Below, piece by piece: positions 1 through 12,569 of a DNA stretch of 64,000 nucleotides. Each line of letters starts with the position of its first letter. Position 1 is the first letter of the stretch. Below the pieces are notes generated by a model, which made no database searches, was not told the DNA's origin, and was given only the letters and a program-made list of their open reading frames with translations. The stretch lies in assembly GCA_964016885.1 (NCBI GenBank), contig OZ024746.1:19158001-19222000 (forward strand), given 5' to 3'. A program made the translations under genes and the position numbers. The DNA is from Eledone cirrhosa. Its lineage: Eukaryota.

Positions 1-80
1 ATGATGTGTGACAAAAGAGCTTTGACAATTAAACAATTACCTGATTTCTAAACTAACTGAAAAATGGATTAGTGACTTAA

Positions 81-288
81 CCCCCTAGCATTTAAACCAG
101 CCATATCCGGCCAGAATTCTCTCGCTTCTTTTTGTTCAAACCATGTATAATGGGGTGCTCATACTTATCTTAAGGTATTGTTCTCAAAATAAATAATATC
201 CAAATCTCGTAGATTCGATATTATGTGAGATAAAGTGTTTACTGTGAAAATACAATAGTAAATATAGAGTAATGTAAATGCTAAAGGG
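81..288. mobile_element. piggyBac-like MITE
   Basis: TTAA TSD (77-80, 289-292); TIRs CCCCCTAGCATTTA / TAAATGCTAAAGGG. It interrupts a repeat whose uninterrupted homolog lies at about 7589-7700. Confidence 0.8.
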
Positions 289-1659
289 TTAACTAATAAT
301 AAATTGAAGTGAAACTCAACTGGTGTGTGTATGCTTCAACACACGATTTCACATCAAGAATCTTGCAAAAGAAAAAAATAAAGTATATATATATATATAC
401 TTAAACACCAATGGGCTTTTTATTGTTTATATAACTTATTCCATTTTAAGAACTACTGCTTTAGATTGCATATCCTGCTGGTAAAAGAAAAAAACAGAAA
501 AGGTCATCTTATTTTTGTTTTTGAGAAATTTCCTGTTCCGTTCTTTTAGCTTTTTACACATTTAAGATAAAATTGTTTTGTTATTTTCTTTCTCCCAGTT
601 TTACAAGGATGTACAGGATTTTCACACACAGAGCTATAAATATAAAAAATAAAAGAATAACTAACTGTAATGGAAAATATTCCTTGGAAAATTTGGCTTC
701 TCTCATAAGAACTGTAGCAACTGCTACAGTTTTGAGATGTTTGGTATTTATAAGCAAGTGGCACCATTCTCAATGATAACATTGTTTGATGAAATATATA
801 GATATTAGAGAGAAAAATATATCATTTAGGTATAAACAAACGTTTTTTTGTTTGTTTGTTATTTTTACAACTACATTTATGGAGCTATTTTTATTCTGCT
901 CTTTCACAGATTGGTAAGAGGTGGGGGTGGGGGCAACATTCTTTATGATAAAATCATAAGTCTTCATATCACCCACACTATATCTCGGAATAACACCACC
1001 CCTCCCTCAAGGCATTACGACTTCATGTGATACCAAGTACTATTTACTAAGTGTTAAATAAAAAACAAAAAAAAAAGGTTAATCTTCGATAAAACACCCA
1101 CCTCCAAGTTCTGTTTTTAGCATTTTTTCCACCCGTTATTATTATTATTTTTTTTTTTTTACGTATACTTTTAACTAATCTGACCTCCAAATGCATCACA
1201 AATTACTTTTTTTTCTGGAAGAAAAGGGGTGAGGTGATCCTCGGAATTTCTCATCCACAGGTTATCTTTAGGGGTATTTTTGTTTCTTTTCCAGGTTATT
1301 TCGTAGGGTTAGGGTTACCCCATTTTTTCTGGAAAAAAAATCACTTGAGACATCTTTGGAGCTGAGATTAGTTGAAAATACCCACAAAAAAACGGAATTA
1401 AAAATGGGTGTTTTTTTCAAAAGGGAGTTGCTACATAGTAGCCAGCTATGCTAGAAATACTAGCCAAATCTTTCCATTTTCAAAAAAAGGAGAAATTTTT
1501 GTGTGCTTTCGAAGTCAGATTCGACGAAAGCACATGGAATATCCTGGAAAAGAAAAAAAAGTTTCCGAAAGGAAACTCTGTAGGTGGAATTGAACCTACA
1601 ACATTATGATCGTAAGTCCACCACACTTACCACTAAGCCATGTACCACCACTAAATAAT

Positions 1660-1875
1660 GACTTCTACTTTAAGGCACAAGGCCAGCAATTTTTGGGGAG
1701 GGGGAGAAAGTCGATTAAATCAACTCCAGTGCATTACTGGTACTTTATTTTATCAACTCCCTAAGGATGAAAGGCAAAGCTAACCTAGGCGGGGTTTGAA
1801 CTCCCAATGTAACTCTATGCCATGAAGCAGGATGTCCGGCGCTCTACCGATACTGTCAATTCACCCCCATCACTT
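1660..1875 (-). mobile_element. tRNA-derived SINE with Deu/Nin-type domain (family B)
   Basis: GCCTTTCATCCTTA.GGAGTTGATAAAATAAAGTACCAG on the minus strand; 12-bp TSD ccactaaataat (1648-1659, 1876-1887). Confidence 0.75.
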
Positions 1876-2415
1876 CCACTAAATAATACTTAGCATATTT
1901 ATAGATTAGTTTCTTGAAGTTAGCTTAACATTAAATCTGATTATTTATATTTACTATATATTAACAATAACATCCTAGCTATCACCACTTTTACATACCA
2001 GTAATTGGGGAGGCTGAGAATGTGGCCAGTCAGGTGGAAACATCAATCCATAATTATTTCTTGCAACGATCATGATTTTGCTCTCCTCAGGATCTCTTCA
2101 TTTGTAATCCAGTCTTATCAGGTGACCTTTATAATCTTTCTGAGGCACCTTTGATGGAACATATTCAGCTTTCTGCACACACAATACAAAAAACTCACAT
2201 ACATGCACACACAAACAGAAGCAATCAGGCACACCCATCAAATGCATCTCCATTTGCACACACATAACAACACCTATAACACACCTGGACTCACCCCCTT
2301 GGCCCACACTCCTGAATGCCAGACCATTCGCCTAACATCCCCAGCCTTCTTAAAATCTTTTTTCCAAACGCTGATGTTCTAACCTTTTTTTTCTCTCTCT
2401 CTCTCCCCAAATTCT

Positions 2416-2490
2416 CCATTTCCTGATGAAGGACTTATGTCTGACATGTCGAAACCTCTTCTACTTCCTCGTAAATGTGGTATTAATAAG
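2416..2490 (+). ncRNA. Hammerhead ribozyme-like motif at a probable Penelope-like element end (partly degenerate)
   Basis: CTGATGA (2423-2429), GAC/GTC stem II, GAAA (2451-2454); stems I and III are imperfect. Confidence 0.45.
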
Positions 2491-2699
2491 ACTTTGTGTT
2501 TTTGCATCTCTGTGTTTATCTTGTTATTTCTTGAACTCCTATGTATATAAAGTATACACATTTTTGGTACAAAGAAATGAAAAGAGCAATCAACACAAAA
2601 TATGGAAGTTGAGGATATATTTATTTCACTTTTTTTTCCATTACCAAATAGCCCTGTGGCCGTAAATATGACCAGCTTTTTTAGATGTCTTCAGCATCA

Positions 2700-3125
2700 A
2701 TACCATAATATAACGTCCATTTTTCATGCTTGCATGGATTAGACGGGATGTCACATTGACACAATTTAGTTCAAGGGACCATGTCTTGCTCATACAGGAC
2801 TGTTTCTGGCTTGATTTCTATGGATGCCCTTCTTAAATCTAACCATATTACAGTGTGAACTGGGTGCTATTTATCATGGCACCAAAATTACCACCTAACA
2901 TTGTGGATTAGATGCTTTTTGTTGTGTCACCATCAAGACCACTTTACAGGTTGCACTAGGTGCTTTTTGTCATGCCACCAGCACGACCACTTTACAGCAT
3001 GGACTGGGTGCTTTTTGTCATGTCACCATCAAGGCCACATTACAGAGTGGACTGGGTGCTTTTTCTCATGTCACCACCATGATCATCTTACAGTATGGAC
3101 TGGGTGTTTTTGCTATTGTGGCACT
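2700..3125 (-). mobile_element. RTE-tailed SINE with about 6 tandem copies of its internal 48-bp module
   Basis: aacgtccatttttcatgcttgcatgg tail, ggatgcccttc core, then 48-bp units cactttacagNNtggactgggtgctttttgtcatgNcacc. Confidence 0.7.
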
Positions 3126-3781
3126 AGATCAGCACACAAGGTGGAGAAGCTGTTGAACTGGTATTTTAAGAACTTGTGATATTATGTCTGTCATTATAAG
3201 ATGAGATGATTGCATTGTAACATCTGCTTCAACAGAATTGATAGGTAGCTGTCTATAAACAGTGTTCTCGGGTCAATATGTATGTCACTCTGGTAACTCC
3301 ACTGTCGCTTTTAAGGTGGTGTGTAGTGTCCAGAAAGTCAATTAGGTTAGGTTAAGGAATCTACAAGTCTAATAAGCTATCAATTCCAGAGTCAGGCATG
3401 ATCAATACCAATCATATGTTGAACGTCATGTGTGAATAAACGTAATGAGGATATATTGATACTTTGTTTTGTCTTCTTAAAGAAATTGACTACAGTGTAA
3501 TACCAAATGTGGAATACCACATTGGGTAACTGGACCCATATTGTCATTGAGTGCTCAAACTGGTGAACGAGTAGTAATTAAACATTACACACCAATATCA
3601 TAATATATATATATATATATATATAAATGAAAATATAGAAATTAGTGTGAGCAAGAAGCCAACAGTATTTCATAATATATAAGTGACTATAACGTCAAAA
3701 TGGAAAATAATTAACGTAAGATATGGGAAAATAATTCAAACTCAATTTAAAAAAAATCAAGACAGATATATATATATATAT

Positions 3782-3821
<40 letters not shown>

Positions 3822-4340
3822 GGTTTAGCGTACGTGTTCCACGCTTGCATAGGTTTGGACGGGGGTTTTCCCACTTGAGGCAAGAGTGGTTGTCTTGCTC
3901 GCATGACTGTCTGGCGGGTTTTCTACAGTTGGATGCCCTTCCTAACACCAACCACATTTACAGTGTGGGGCTGGGAGGTTTTTACCGTGTTGCCTACACG
4001 GCCACATTACAGCGTGGACTGTCTGGCGGGTTTTCTACAGCTGGATGCCCTTCCTAACACCAACCACATTTACAGTGTGGGGCTGGGAGGTTTTTACCGT
4101 GTTGCCTACATGGCCACATTTACAGCGTGGACTGTGTGTTTTTTGTCGTGACACCTACACGATCTCATTTGTTTCGGCCTGGATGTTGTGGGACCAACAT
4201 AACTTTACATTGAAAGGGGCGGTGTGGATGGGGTGGAGGTGGTGGGACGGGGGTGTGTTTTGATAGAGATGCCTACTGACTGTAGTAGGTTTTTACTTTG
4301 TATTTAGGTAAGGCGGGTCTTCTCTATTACTGAGTACCGC

Positions 4341-4345
<5 letters not shown>
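3782..4345 (-). mobile_element. RTE-tailed SINE-like element with (ATC)n tail and a duplication of about 110 bp; related copy at 5041-5530
   Basis: gactgtctggcgggttttctacag...acagcgtg occurs twice (about 3905-4016, 4017-4130); shared downstream sequence with 5041-5530. Confidence 0.7.
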
Positions 4346-4395
<50 letters not shown>

Positions 4396-4825
4396 CAATA
4401 TGTTGAAAAGGTAACACACCAAAGAGATCTGGAGAAACAGATCTCTTTGGATTTGTACGTGTGTTATATAGTTATAGAGGTATTTATTTACGCTTTAATT
4501 TATATTTTTAATTATCGTATCTATAGTCTGCCTTTCATAGGTTATAGTTTCCATACACTGGTGGTTTTTTCCCTGTTTTATTGATAGCGCACTGTTCATC
4601 TCTCTCTGGTGTGTTACCTTTTCAACATATTGTATTTTAAAGAGCTCAGGATTTCTTCTCCTTTGAGCACATTATTTACAGGGAATGGCGCGGGCCTATG
4701 GCTCCGTTAATTTATCGTGATATATATATATATAAATATATATTACGATATTGGTGTGTTTAATTACTACTCGTTCACCAGTTTCAACACTCAATGCGAA
4801 TATGGGTCCAGTTACCCAATGTGGT

Positions 4826-4883
<58 letters not shown>

Positions 4884-5592
4884 TATTTACATGTTAAATA
4901 GTGTTAAATATTAGAAGTGTTAATATCTAGTGGTCGAGAGAATAAGCAGAGCGTAAGCCCATCCGAACGTACATAGGTGCTGTTTTAAATAAACATGTTG
5001 TAACAGTCTGTTCTCATATTTCTTATTTTTCCACGTATATATCATCATCATCATCATCATCATCCTCGTTTAATGTCCACTTTCCACGCTAGCATGGGTT
5101 AGACGGGAGTTGTCCCACTTGAGGCAAGGTTGGTCGGGTGACCGTGTCTCACTCATATAGGACTATCTGGCAGGTTTTCTACGGCTGGATGCCCTTCCTA
5201 ACACCAACCACATTTACAGTGTGGAACTGGGAACTTTTTATCGTGTTACCTACACGGCCACATTACAGCGTGGACTGTGTGTTTTTTCTCGTGACACCTA
5301 CACAATCTCAATCTCATTTATCTCATTTATTTGGACTGGATGTTGTGGTACCAACTTTATAGAGAGGGGGTGGTGTTGGTGGGAGTGGGAGGATAGGGTA
5401 GGGGTAGTGGATTGGGGTGTATATTTGGTTAAGAGGTGCCTACTGACTGTAGGTTTCGCTTTATACTTAGGCAAGGCAGGTCTTCAGTATTACTGCGTGG
5501 CGCCAAAGATCTCGGTCCAGTGACATTGTCTTGGAGAGTGTGTAAGGTCGGAATTTATCAGATCGTCCCAGGTTTTTCTGGTATATATATAT

Positions 5593-5925
5593 ATGGCTTA
5601 GTGGTTAGAGGATTGGGCTTGCAATCGAAAGGTTGTGAGTTCAATTCTCAGACCGGGTGATGTGTTGTTTCCTTGAGCAAGATACTTTATTTCACATTGC
5701 TCCAGTTTACTCAGCTGTAGAAATGAGATGATAGGGACCGGGGTCCATATCATTCCACTGTAAAGTGGTCGTGGAGGTGCCACGGCAAAAAAGCACCCAG
5801 CACTCACTGTAAATGAGGTTGGTGTTAGGAAGGGCATCCAGCTGTAGAAATCAATCCAAAATCAGTTCCCGTCCCACCCTTGCAAGCAGGGAAAAAGCGG
5901 ACGTAAAAAATGAAATGAAAATGAA
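5593..5925 (+). mobile_element. Young tRNA-head SINE (family A)
   Basis: A box tggcttagtggttaga, B box gagttcaattctc, ccttgagcaagatac domain and RTE-like 3' end gcggacgtaaaa; near-identical copies elsewhere in the window. Confidence 0.85.
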
Positions 5926-5962
5926 AAATATCTATATTCATCCGATCATCCCAGGTTTTTCT

Positions 5963-5998
<36 letters not shown>

Positions 5999-6257
5999 CA
6001 TGCTAGCGTGGAAGATGGACGTTAAACGATGATGATGATGATGATGATGATGATATACATACACACATATATATATAAGATTATAGTGAAATAGTTCACT
6101 ATTTCATTCTTCAGGAGTGAACAGTTACAGTAGCAGAACATTTATGATTCAAAATTCAATAAAACCAAGGATTATTATTATTATTATTTATTTATATATC
6201 TACGGTCGTTTCAATGTGGCTAGAGTATCTCATCAATTGTGGAGAAAAAAACAGTGA

Positions 6258-6692
6258 GGAACTAGTGGTCGAAACGGCAAGAGCTCAGCTGTTGGGCCCA
6301 GACTCTCTCTAATATAGTCACACTCTACTATCCCAAGTATCAAGTATGATTGAGTGTGTGAGGCTTGGTATATTCTTTGACAGGATGCAAAACAGGTGAA
6401 CATCGACGCAGGGAGATTCAGTCTGAACTCAGGTGGAGATGCAAAGGTAAGTCCCTTCACTTCCTAGGACATATACCAAAGTAAATGTTTTTATTTTTAG
6501 GGGTGCAAAACCAATATTAAACTAGTTAGACCCTTATTCAACAGAGTACTTGTTACTTGGGATAGTAGAGTATGACTATATTAGAAAGAGTTGGGGCCCA
6601 ATGGCTGAGTTCTTTCTGTTTCGACTTCAAGTTCCAGTCTGAACTAGCTGTTGAAGCGGCAAGAGCTCAGCTGTCAGGCTAATACTCTTTCT

Positions 6693-6695
<3 letters not shown>
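6258..6695. repeat. Inverted repeat (arms of about 90 bp at 6258-6346 and 6547-6635) of a Penelope-like end family with hammerhead stem III remnants
   Basis: gtcgaaacggcaagagctcagctg...ctctactatcccaagta and its reverse complement; the family also occurs at 34760-34880 and 41357-41440. Confidence 0.6.
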
Positions 6696-6725
<30 letters not shown>

Positions 6726-6869
6726 TTCGTTTTTGAATTTGTTTTGCAAGATTTCTTATCTGAAAACGTATGTTGAAACAGATATTGTTATACTTTGGGG
6801 GGGGGGGACCATACTGCCAATAAAAGCAGGACAGAACTAAGGAGAAACACAAAATAAAAACCCAGTCAT

Positions 6870-7583
6870 TGAGGACTATGACATATTACAAGCAAGATGA
6901 GACACATGCCTGGGGTGATCCACATGACAGGTACAATGTGTCCAAACATGGAAGAGCCAAATTCCCACTGTCATCACCTCCATCTCTCTGTATTGTGAAC
7001 AAATGGGGTTCCACGTGCTGGCCTCCCCACAGCCCCAGTGGACTGAACGGAGAAGGCGTTTCCCTGGAGGATGGTGAGGGAGATGCGCTAGAAGAGCTAT
7101 TCCATCTCGCGAGCCTCATACCTGCAGCTGGCCAGCTCAGCAACTATGGTGGGTAGTAGGGAGGTAGCCCTAGGGCCAAGGGCACCAGGAGTCTCCACTA
7201 CCAAGGGCACAATCGCAAACCTGTTGGAGAGTGTCCGGTACTTGGAGTGTTTGCCCTCCTCAGCCTGAACTGCAGCAGAACCTGGGTTAGTTGCAGACTG
7301 CACCAGTTGCAGCTGGAGAAAGTGTCATCCCAGAGGAGGGGTTTGCCACCGCAGAAACGGGAAGATGGTCATACTGTCTGGCCTTTTGCCGTCCCCTCAG
7401 TCCAGCCCCACTGCAGCATCCAAGCCATGCTTTATGACCTCATTGAGGGCAGCCATCACTGTAGCGACAGGAAAGCGGGTGGAGGCCAAAAGAGTCCATG
7501 GTGGATCCGCAGCGACATTGTATGGTTCGCAGATCCGGAGGCCAAGCTTCATGGAAACGCCGATACACAGGCTATCAGGAGGT
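6870..7583 (-). mobile_element. Decayed 3' part of a CRE-clade non-LTR retrotransposon (CCHC knuckle plus restriction-like endonuclease)
   Basis: Minus-strand translation across frameshifts: CRCGSTMDSFGLHPLSC...AALNEVIK...DGKRPDSMTIFPF...LLWD...AEEGKHSKY...PLVVETPGALGP...LFQRISLTILQGNA. Confidence 0.8.
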
Positions 7584-7869
7584 GACAGAATGTATGACGA
7601 AAGAGCTTTAACAATATATAAACAACCACCCGGTTATCGAACCAACCAGCCAACCGGAAATTTATAATAAATTGAAGTGAAAACCAAGTGCGTGTGTTTT
7701 TATTGGCAGCATGACCCTCCCAAAGTATAACAATATATATATATAAATTAATTGTTAGAGAATACAGATATATATATATATCAAGTTTGATTTAATAAGA
7801 ATATAAAAAAAACAACTAAACAAATGTATTGTTTAAATCTAAGTTATTTTTTTAATTTTAAATACTGGC

Positions 7870-8360
7870 TATGAGATCGCCATCTCTGTAGATAGACATG
7901 GTTAACATTAATAAATGTTAGCAGTCGGTAGCAGACGGATATTTCTCGTAATATTTTTTCTGTTATTAAAAGCTATATTTTAACTGCGTGATTTTTTAAT
8001 TTTTTATTTACTTCCCCTGGTTTAGAAGAACATGCTCAGTGTTGACATCCGGAAATAATATGCTTAACTTCCGGTAATACAATAAAGAAGTTTTCTTCCG
8101 GTCTTATTAAATGGCCGATATCGGCTGTTGATTATTTTTGTAAATTCTCCTGAACTGTTACAGGGAAAATATTCAGTAAATTACCACAGCATTCCATGTC
8201 TTATCTGCTTCCTGAAAGTATTTTTTATATTTAATATATACAATATCTAGCAGTTTTGGAACCCATTTAAATACCCACTCGTAAGTGATCAAGGAAACCA
8301 TAAAAAAAATACAACCAACAATTGTGTACTTTTAATACAAAGAGTATTTATTGGGTAAGT
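7870..8360 (+). promoter_or_regulatory. Candidate housekeeping promoter and first non-coding exon (possibly of GID8; possibly bidirectional)
   Basis: Non-repetitive, locally CpG-retaining segment with three ETS-type CCGGAA/TTCCGG sites (about 8049, 8069, 8096), YY1-like CGCCATCT and AAATGGCCG, and two consensus GTAAGT donors (8281, 8355). The link to GID8 is inference. Confidence 0.45.
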
Positions 8361-9470
8361 AAATGTAAATTTTACATAAATTGCTTAATTTAACCACTTT
8401 TATAATTTGTATCTGCTATAATCAGCTCGACTGATACGCGAAACTGCTATTATTAATCTATTTAATTTTTAGTTGTTTAAGCATCTCGCTTACCATGTGT
8501 CTAGTTTCAGTTTGTAATGATTAAGGATACTTTTGTACAAGCTATTTTGTGTCGGTGTAAGAGATTAAAACACCGCAAGCTATTTATTTAAAAAAAAGTT
8601 AACTTTGAGGGAACGATATTGTGGATAAATAAGTTTGCATCACAACTATGTGACGCTGGGTTCAGTCCCGTTATAGCCTCGGGTTGACTAATGCCTTGTC
8701 AGTAGAATTTGGTTGACAGAAACTGCACAAGCTCGTCGTATAATATATATATATATTATACGACGAGCTTGTGTGTATGTAGGTCCTCATTGTTTGTATT
8801 TACGTTTGTATCGGTCAGTGATCAATAAAATAAATACCAAACATGATAGAAAAAACAAGTACTGGGGTCGATATGATCGACTAAATCAAGACGGTGCCCA
8901 GTATGGACACAATCAAATGACTGAAACCAATAAAAGAATTAGGAATATATAAATAAGTGGTAAGAAATTCTCAGCAGAGCTGGACAGCACAAGGTCTTCA
9001 GTGAAGACCCCCTCCACCAGCGAGTGTTTCGGTCCTTAACTTTTATATACTATAACTATAGTTACATACATACTATCATACCTAGCTATCTATCTATCTC
9101 TCTATATATATATATGTATATATATGGTAGGTATGTGTGTAACTATAGTTACAGGCAGTTCACCGGTTAATACACTGAATGCTGTTACGAGGGTTCGTCT
9201 CTTGTTGGGTTTATATTTCTGTGTACTCCAGGGTTATAAACGCACCATAAGCTAATCGATTTCGAATCGAAACAATTGTCATATACCAATATAGTTTATT
9301 TATGGTGTATCCTTGACTTCGTTCCTGCTTACTTGTATAAAACTATTTGGCAATCATATTCTCTCCTTCAGATGACTCAAGAAGAATATAGCTATCTGCA
9401 TACAAATATAGTTATATTTTTATCTTTGTCATTATATATATGTGTGTGTATATATATATATATATATGTA

Positions 9471-9625
9471 TGACTTTCCTGATGATTTCTTATGAATGAA
9501 ACAATTCTAGTAGAAGTCATTTCTATAACAGAATATATATATATATATGTGTGACTTTCCTGGTGATTTCTTATGAATGAAACAGTTCTAGAAGTCTTCT
9601 GTAGAAGTCATTTCTATAACAGAAT
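9471..9625 (+). ncRNA. Tandem pair of type-I hammerhead ribozyme motifs
   Basis: tgactttc-CTGATGA-tttc ttat gaat-GAAAC...GTA-gaagtca; the second copy (9552-9610) has CTGGTGA and a CAG/CTG stem III. Confidence 0.6.
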
Positions 9626-11020
9626 GAATATATATATATATGTGTGTTTAAATGTATTCAATCACATGTTAATGTTTACTTTAACTATCAGATCAAAGTA
9701 AAAGGATATAAAAATGCCCTCCCCCTCCTTCCAAAAACTTGACAGATTTTAATGTTGTTATAAATAACGTTTATATGTTTTTCTGTATGAACCAGTATCT
9801 GTCAATGTAAACCGGTGTATGTGAAAGGAGTTTCAGCCGCTCGAAATATCAGAAATAGCAGTCAAATTCCTTCAAAATATCGTTAATTTTTTTTTTTGTT
9901 AATGTATATCAGATTGTGTAAGCCTAGAAAAGACGAGGTTGTCACGCTTAGGATGCTTTTGATCACCATGCTTTGCAGCATAGAGTTACGGCCCTTTACA
10001 TTCTGAGTTGAAATTCTACCGAGGTTAGCTTCTTTGCCTTTCATCCTTATGGGAGTCGATGAAATAAAGTACCAGTATCACTCTGGGGTCGATTTAATAG
10101 ACTTTCTTCTCCCCCGAAATTGTTGGCCTTGTGCCTAACTCTGAAACCATTATTATTGTATATAGAAGGCAATATTGGTAGAGCATTGGGCAACATGCTT
10201 TGCAGCTTAAAGTTACGGCCCTTTACGTTCTGAATTCAAATCCTGTCGAGGTTAGCTTCTTTGCCTTTCATCCTTATGGAAGTCGATAAAATAAGTACCA
10301 GTAGCACTGGGGTCGATTTAATCGACTTTATCCATCCCGAAAATTGGTCTTCTGCCTAAATCAAAATCCATTATAGGTTTGCTCAATTCAGGTTGATTTG
10401 GGACCATAACACAAGCAGGATGCTGAAGAATAGCTGGTATTTTATTGGTGCTTAGCTGCATTGGTAACTTGCATAAATAAACAGGTACATGCATCTCTAA
10501 TTGAATTGAGAGGATGGAAGTATAGTTATTCATAGATGTGATTTACACGTCTATGAATGGAAGCAAATTGGCAGAGTCATTAGAATAAAGGAGAAATTAC
10601 CTTGCATTAACTGTACTGGTAATCCACTTTAATCTGTTGCTCAGTTTAACATCACCACCTGGTCTTTGGGTGCTTTTAGTGGAGTTCACTCTGTTGCAAG
10701 CATCAGATCAGGTCTCCAGTTTCAGGATACCTCTCTCTCTCTCTCTCACACACTTGTCTCAGAAACCCTGTAAAGAGTAAAAGGTGCTCTTTTGTCCCTG
10801 ATTAAACAGTAAAACGAAAGCCAGATATTTGTGACCCCTCAATATTAAATTCTATTCTTTGATTTAAATGAATGAGGCATTTTGTTTAGTAAGATGTGTT
10901 TCAAGCATTTCACTTTGTTGGCATAATACATGAGGAATTGATTTTACATATTGCTCAGTTTTACAAGCTATTGCTATAAGCTCCATCTCCAATATCAGTC
11001 ATATTATGTTTAATGGTTAA

Positions 11021-11365
11021 CTAGCCGTGGTATTCGGCATTGCCTGAGTGCCAAATATGCAATATGAATTTCTTTACATGATCACTGATAAACAAACATA
11101 CACTTACAGTCTTGGTGACAAACACATACCATATATTCTTGAATATAAGCTGAGGAATATGTGACCAAAAAATCGATGGTAGAAGGGGGTAGGTCGGCTT
11201 ATATTCAGGGCCAATGTTATGATGATTTTCACCAACTTCAAATTCTACGTAAATAATGTTTGAATTTTTGCCCATTTCTCAGACAAAGAATAGTGGGGCA
11301 GATTTATATTCGAGTAAATATGGTACATTGGGTCACAATTACTGATTCAGATATATATATATAGA
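11021..11365 (-). mobile_element. Probable non-autonomous Helitron with a nested TcMar MITE
   Basis: Hairpin followed by CTAG|T terminus on the minus strand at 11021; TC-TATATA-like 5' end near 11365. Confidence 0.4.
11127..11325. mobile_element. Tc1/mariner/pogo-type MITE (family also at about 15190-15448, 19896-20090, 40060-40468 and 54650-54902)
   Basis: TA-flanked TIRs taccatatattcttgaatataa / ttatattcgagtaaatatggta. Confidence 0.7.
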
Positions 11366-11419
11366 CTCATATGCATATATATGAATTCTAAATACACATA
11401 ACCTACACACACCAGAGTG

Positions 11420-12150
11420 CCTCAGTGTAAGTGGCACAAGACCAGCTAACTCCGAGAGGAAGCCATCGTAGTAGTAGAAAAGTTAGAGAAAGGAGACATG
11501 TCTCAGGATCAGAGGCTGGGGTGTCGTGTCGTGTCGTGTCTGTGAGGGACTTTGTGCCAATCATTCAAGTTGCCATTCTCTGGATGTGGACAGGATGTTT
11601 GTGTGTAACAGCAGCATAATCCCAGATGTGGGAACAGTAGTAATCCACTGTGGATCTCACCTGAGCTTTGTTGAGGGATTGTAATTGTTGGAATACTGAA
11701 TACTGGAATTCTGGTTCTGAAGAGAAGGTGCTGTCTTAGCTATGATAAGGATATGTGCTTGCCAGGATAGATCCCTAGTGGTAATGGGGCCTAAACATTT
11801 GGAGTGATAACAAAGATCTAATTGGATGTTGCTCAATATCTTGTGCTTGTGTTTTTCTTTTCTTTCTAATTTTTGCTGTTGAAGGCGACAAAATTGGCAT
11901 GATCGTCATTGGAGGCTGGTTTTGAAATCAGTGCAGAATTTGTGAGGTGTTGAGGTTGTATGTGAATGATGATTAGGTGGGGAAGTTTAGAGAAGAATGA
12001 AAAGTAAATAAATAGCCATTGTTGGGGGGTATGAGCGTGTAGGTCATTGATGTATAGGAAGGAGTTTGTTGGGGGTCAGAACAGAAACCTGGAATACACC
12101 AGAGTTGATAGATGGTGCAGAGATAACTATGTAACAAATTATGACTAGAA
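11420..12150 (-). mobile_element. Decayed CR1/Jockey-like LINE RT C-terminal fragment
   Basis: Minus-strand KAQVRSTVDYYCSHIWDYAA...IQRMAT*MIG resembles the LYKAQVRP.MEYCSHIW motif. Confidence 0.55.
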
Positions 12151-12569
12151 ATAAATGGATAATAAACAGTGCATATGTGTGCAACAAGAGATGCCAGAAG
12201 CAGGGGAAAATTGACTTTCATTGATGGAGAGAAAAAAGCATTTCTCCTTTTGTAAATGACAACCATACATTTTCCTAACCTTTCAAGAACCCTTTTCAGT
12301 CACCTAAAGTGAAATATCTTTTTCTTGGTACTAATCATGTTCAGATTTCTAACAATAAAATCTCACAACTTACAACCTGCTTTATATTTAGAAAAATTCC
12401 CTTTATTCTCCACATATTTGGAAGTTCACTAAACTCTTATGTATTTGTTTTATGTTGCTTGTAATATTTAATGTTGAACGTATCACATCAGTTCTACATT
12501 AACAGAATTCCAGAAGATTGCAAATCTAGGAAGGAAGGAATGGGAAACTGTTAAGGCTGGAGAAGATAA

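Noticed and set aside
2901-3179. Cys/His-periodic ORF suggesting a metal-binding protein
   Set aside because: It is the translation of the SINE-derived 48-bp minisatellite; no splice or start context.
3695-3957. Poly-D / poly-M / poly-I ORFs
   Set aside because: Translations of the (ATC)n SINE tail.
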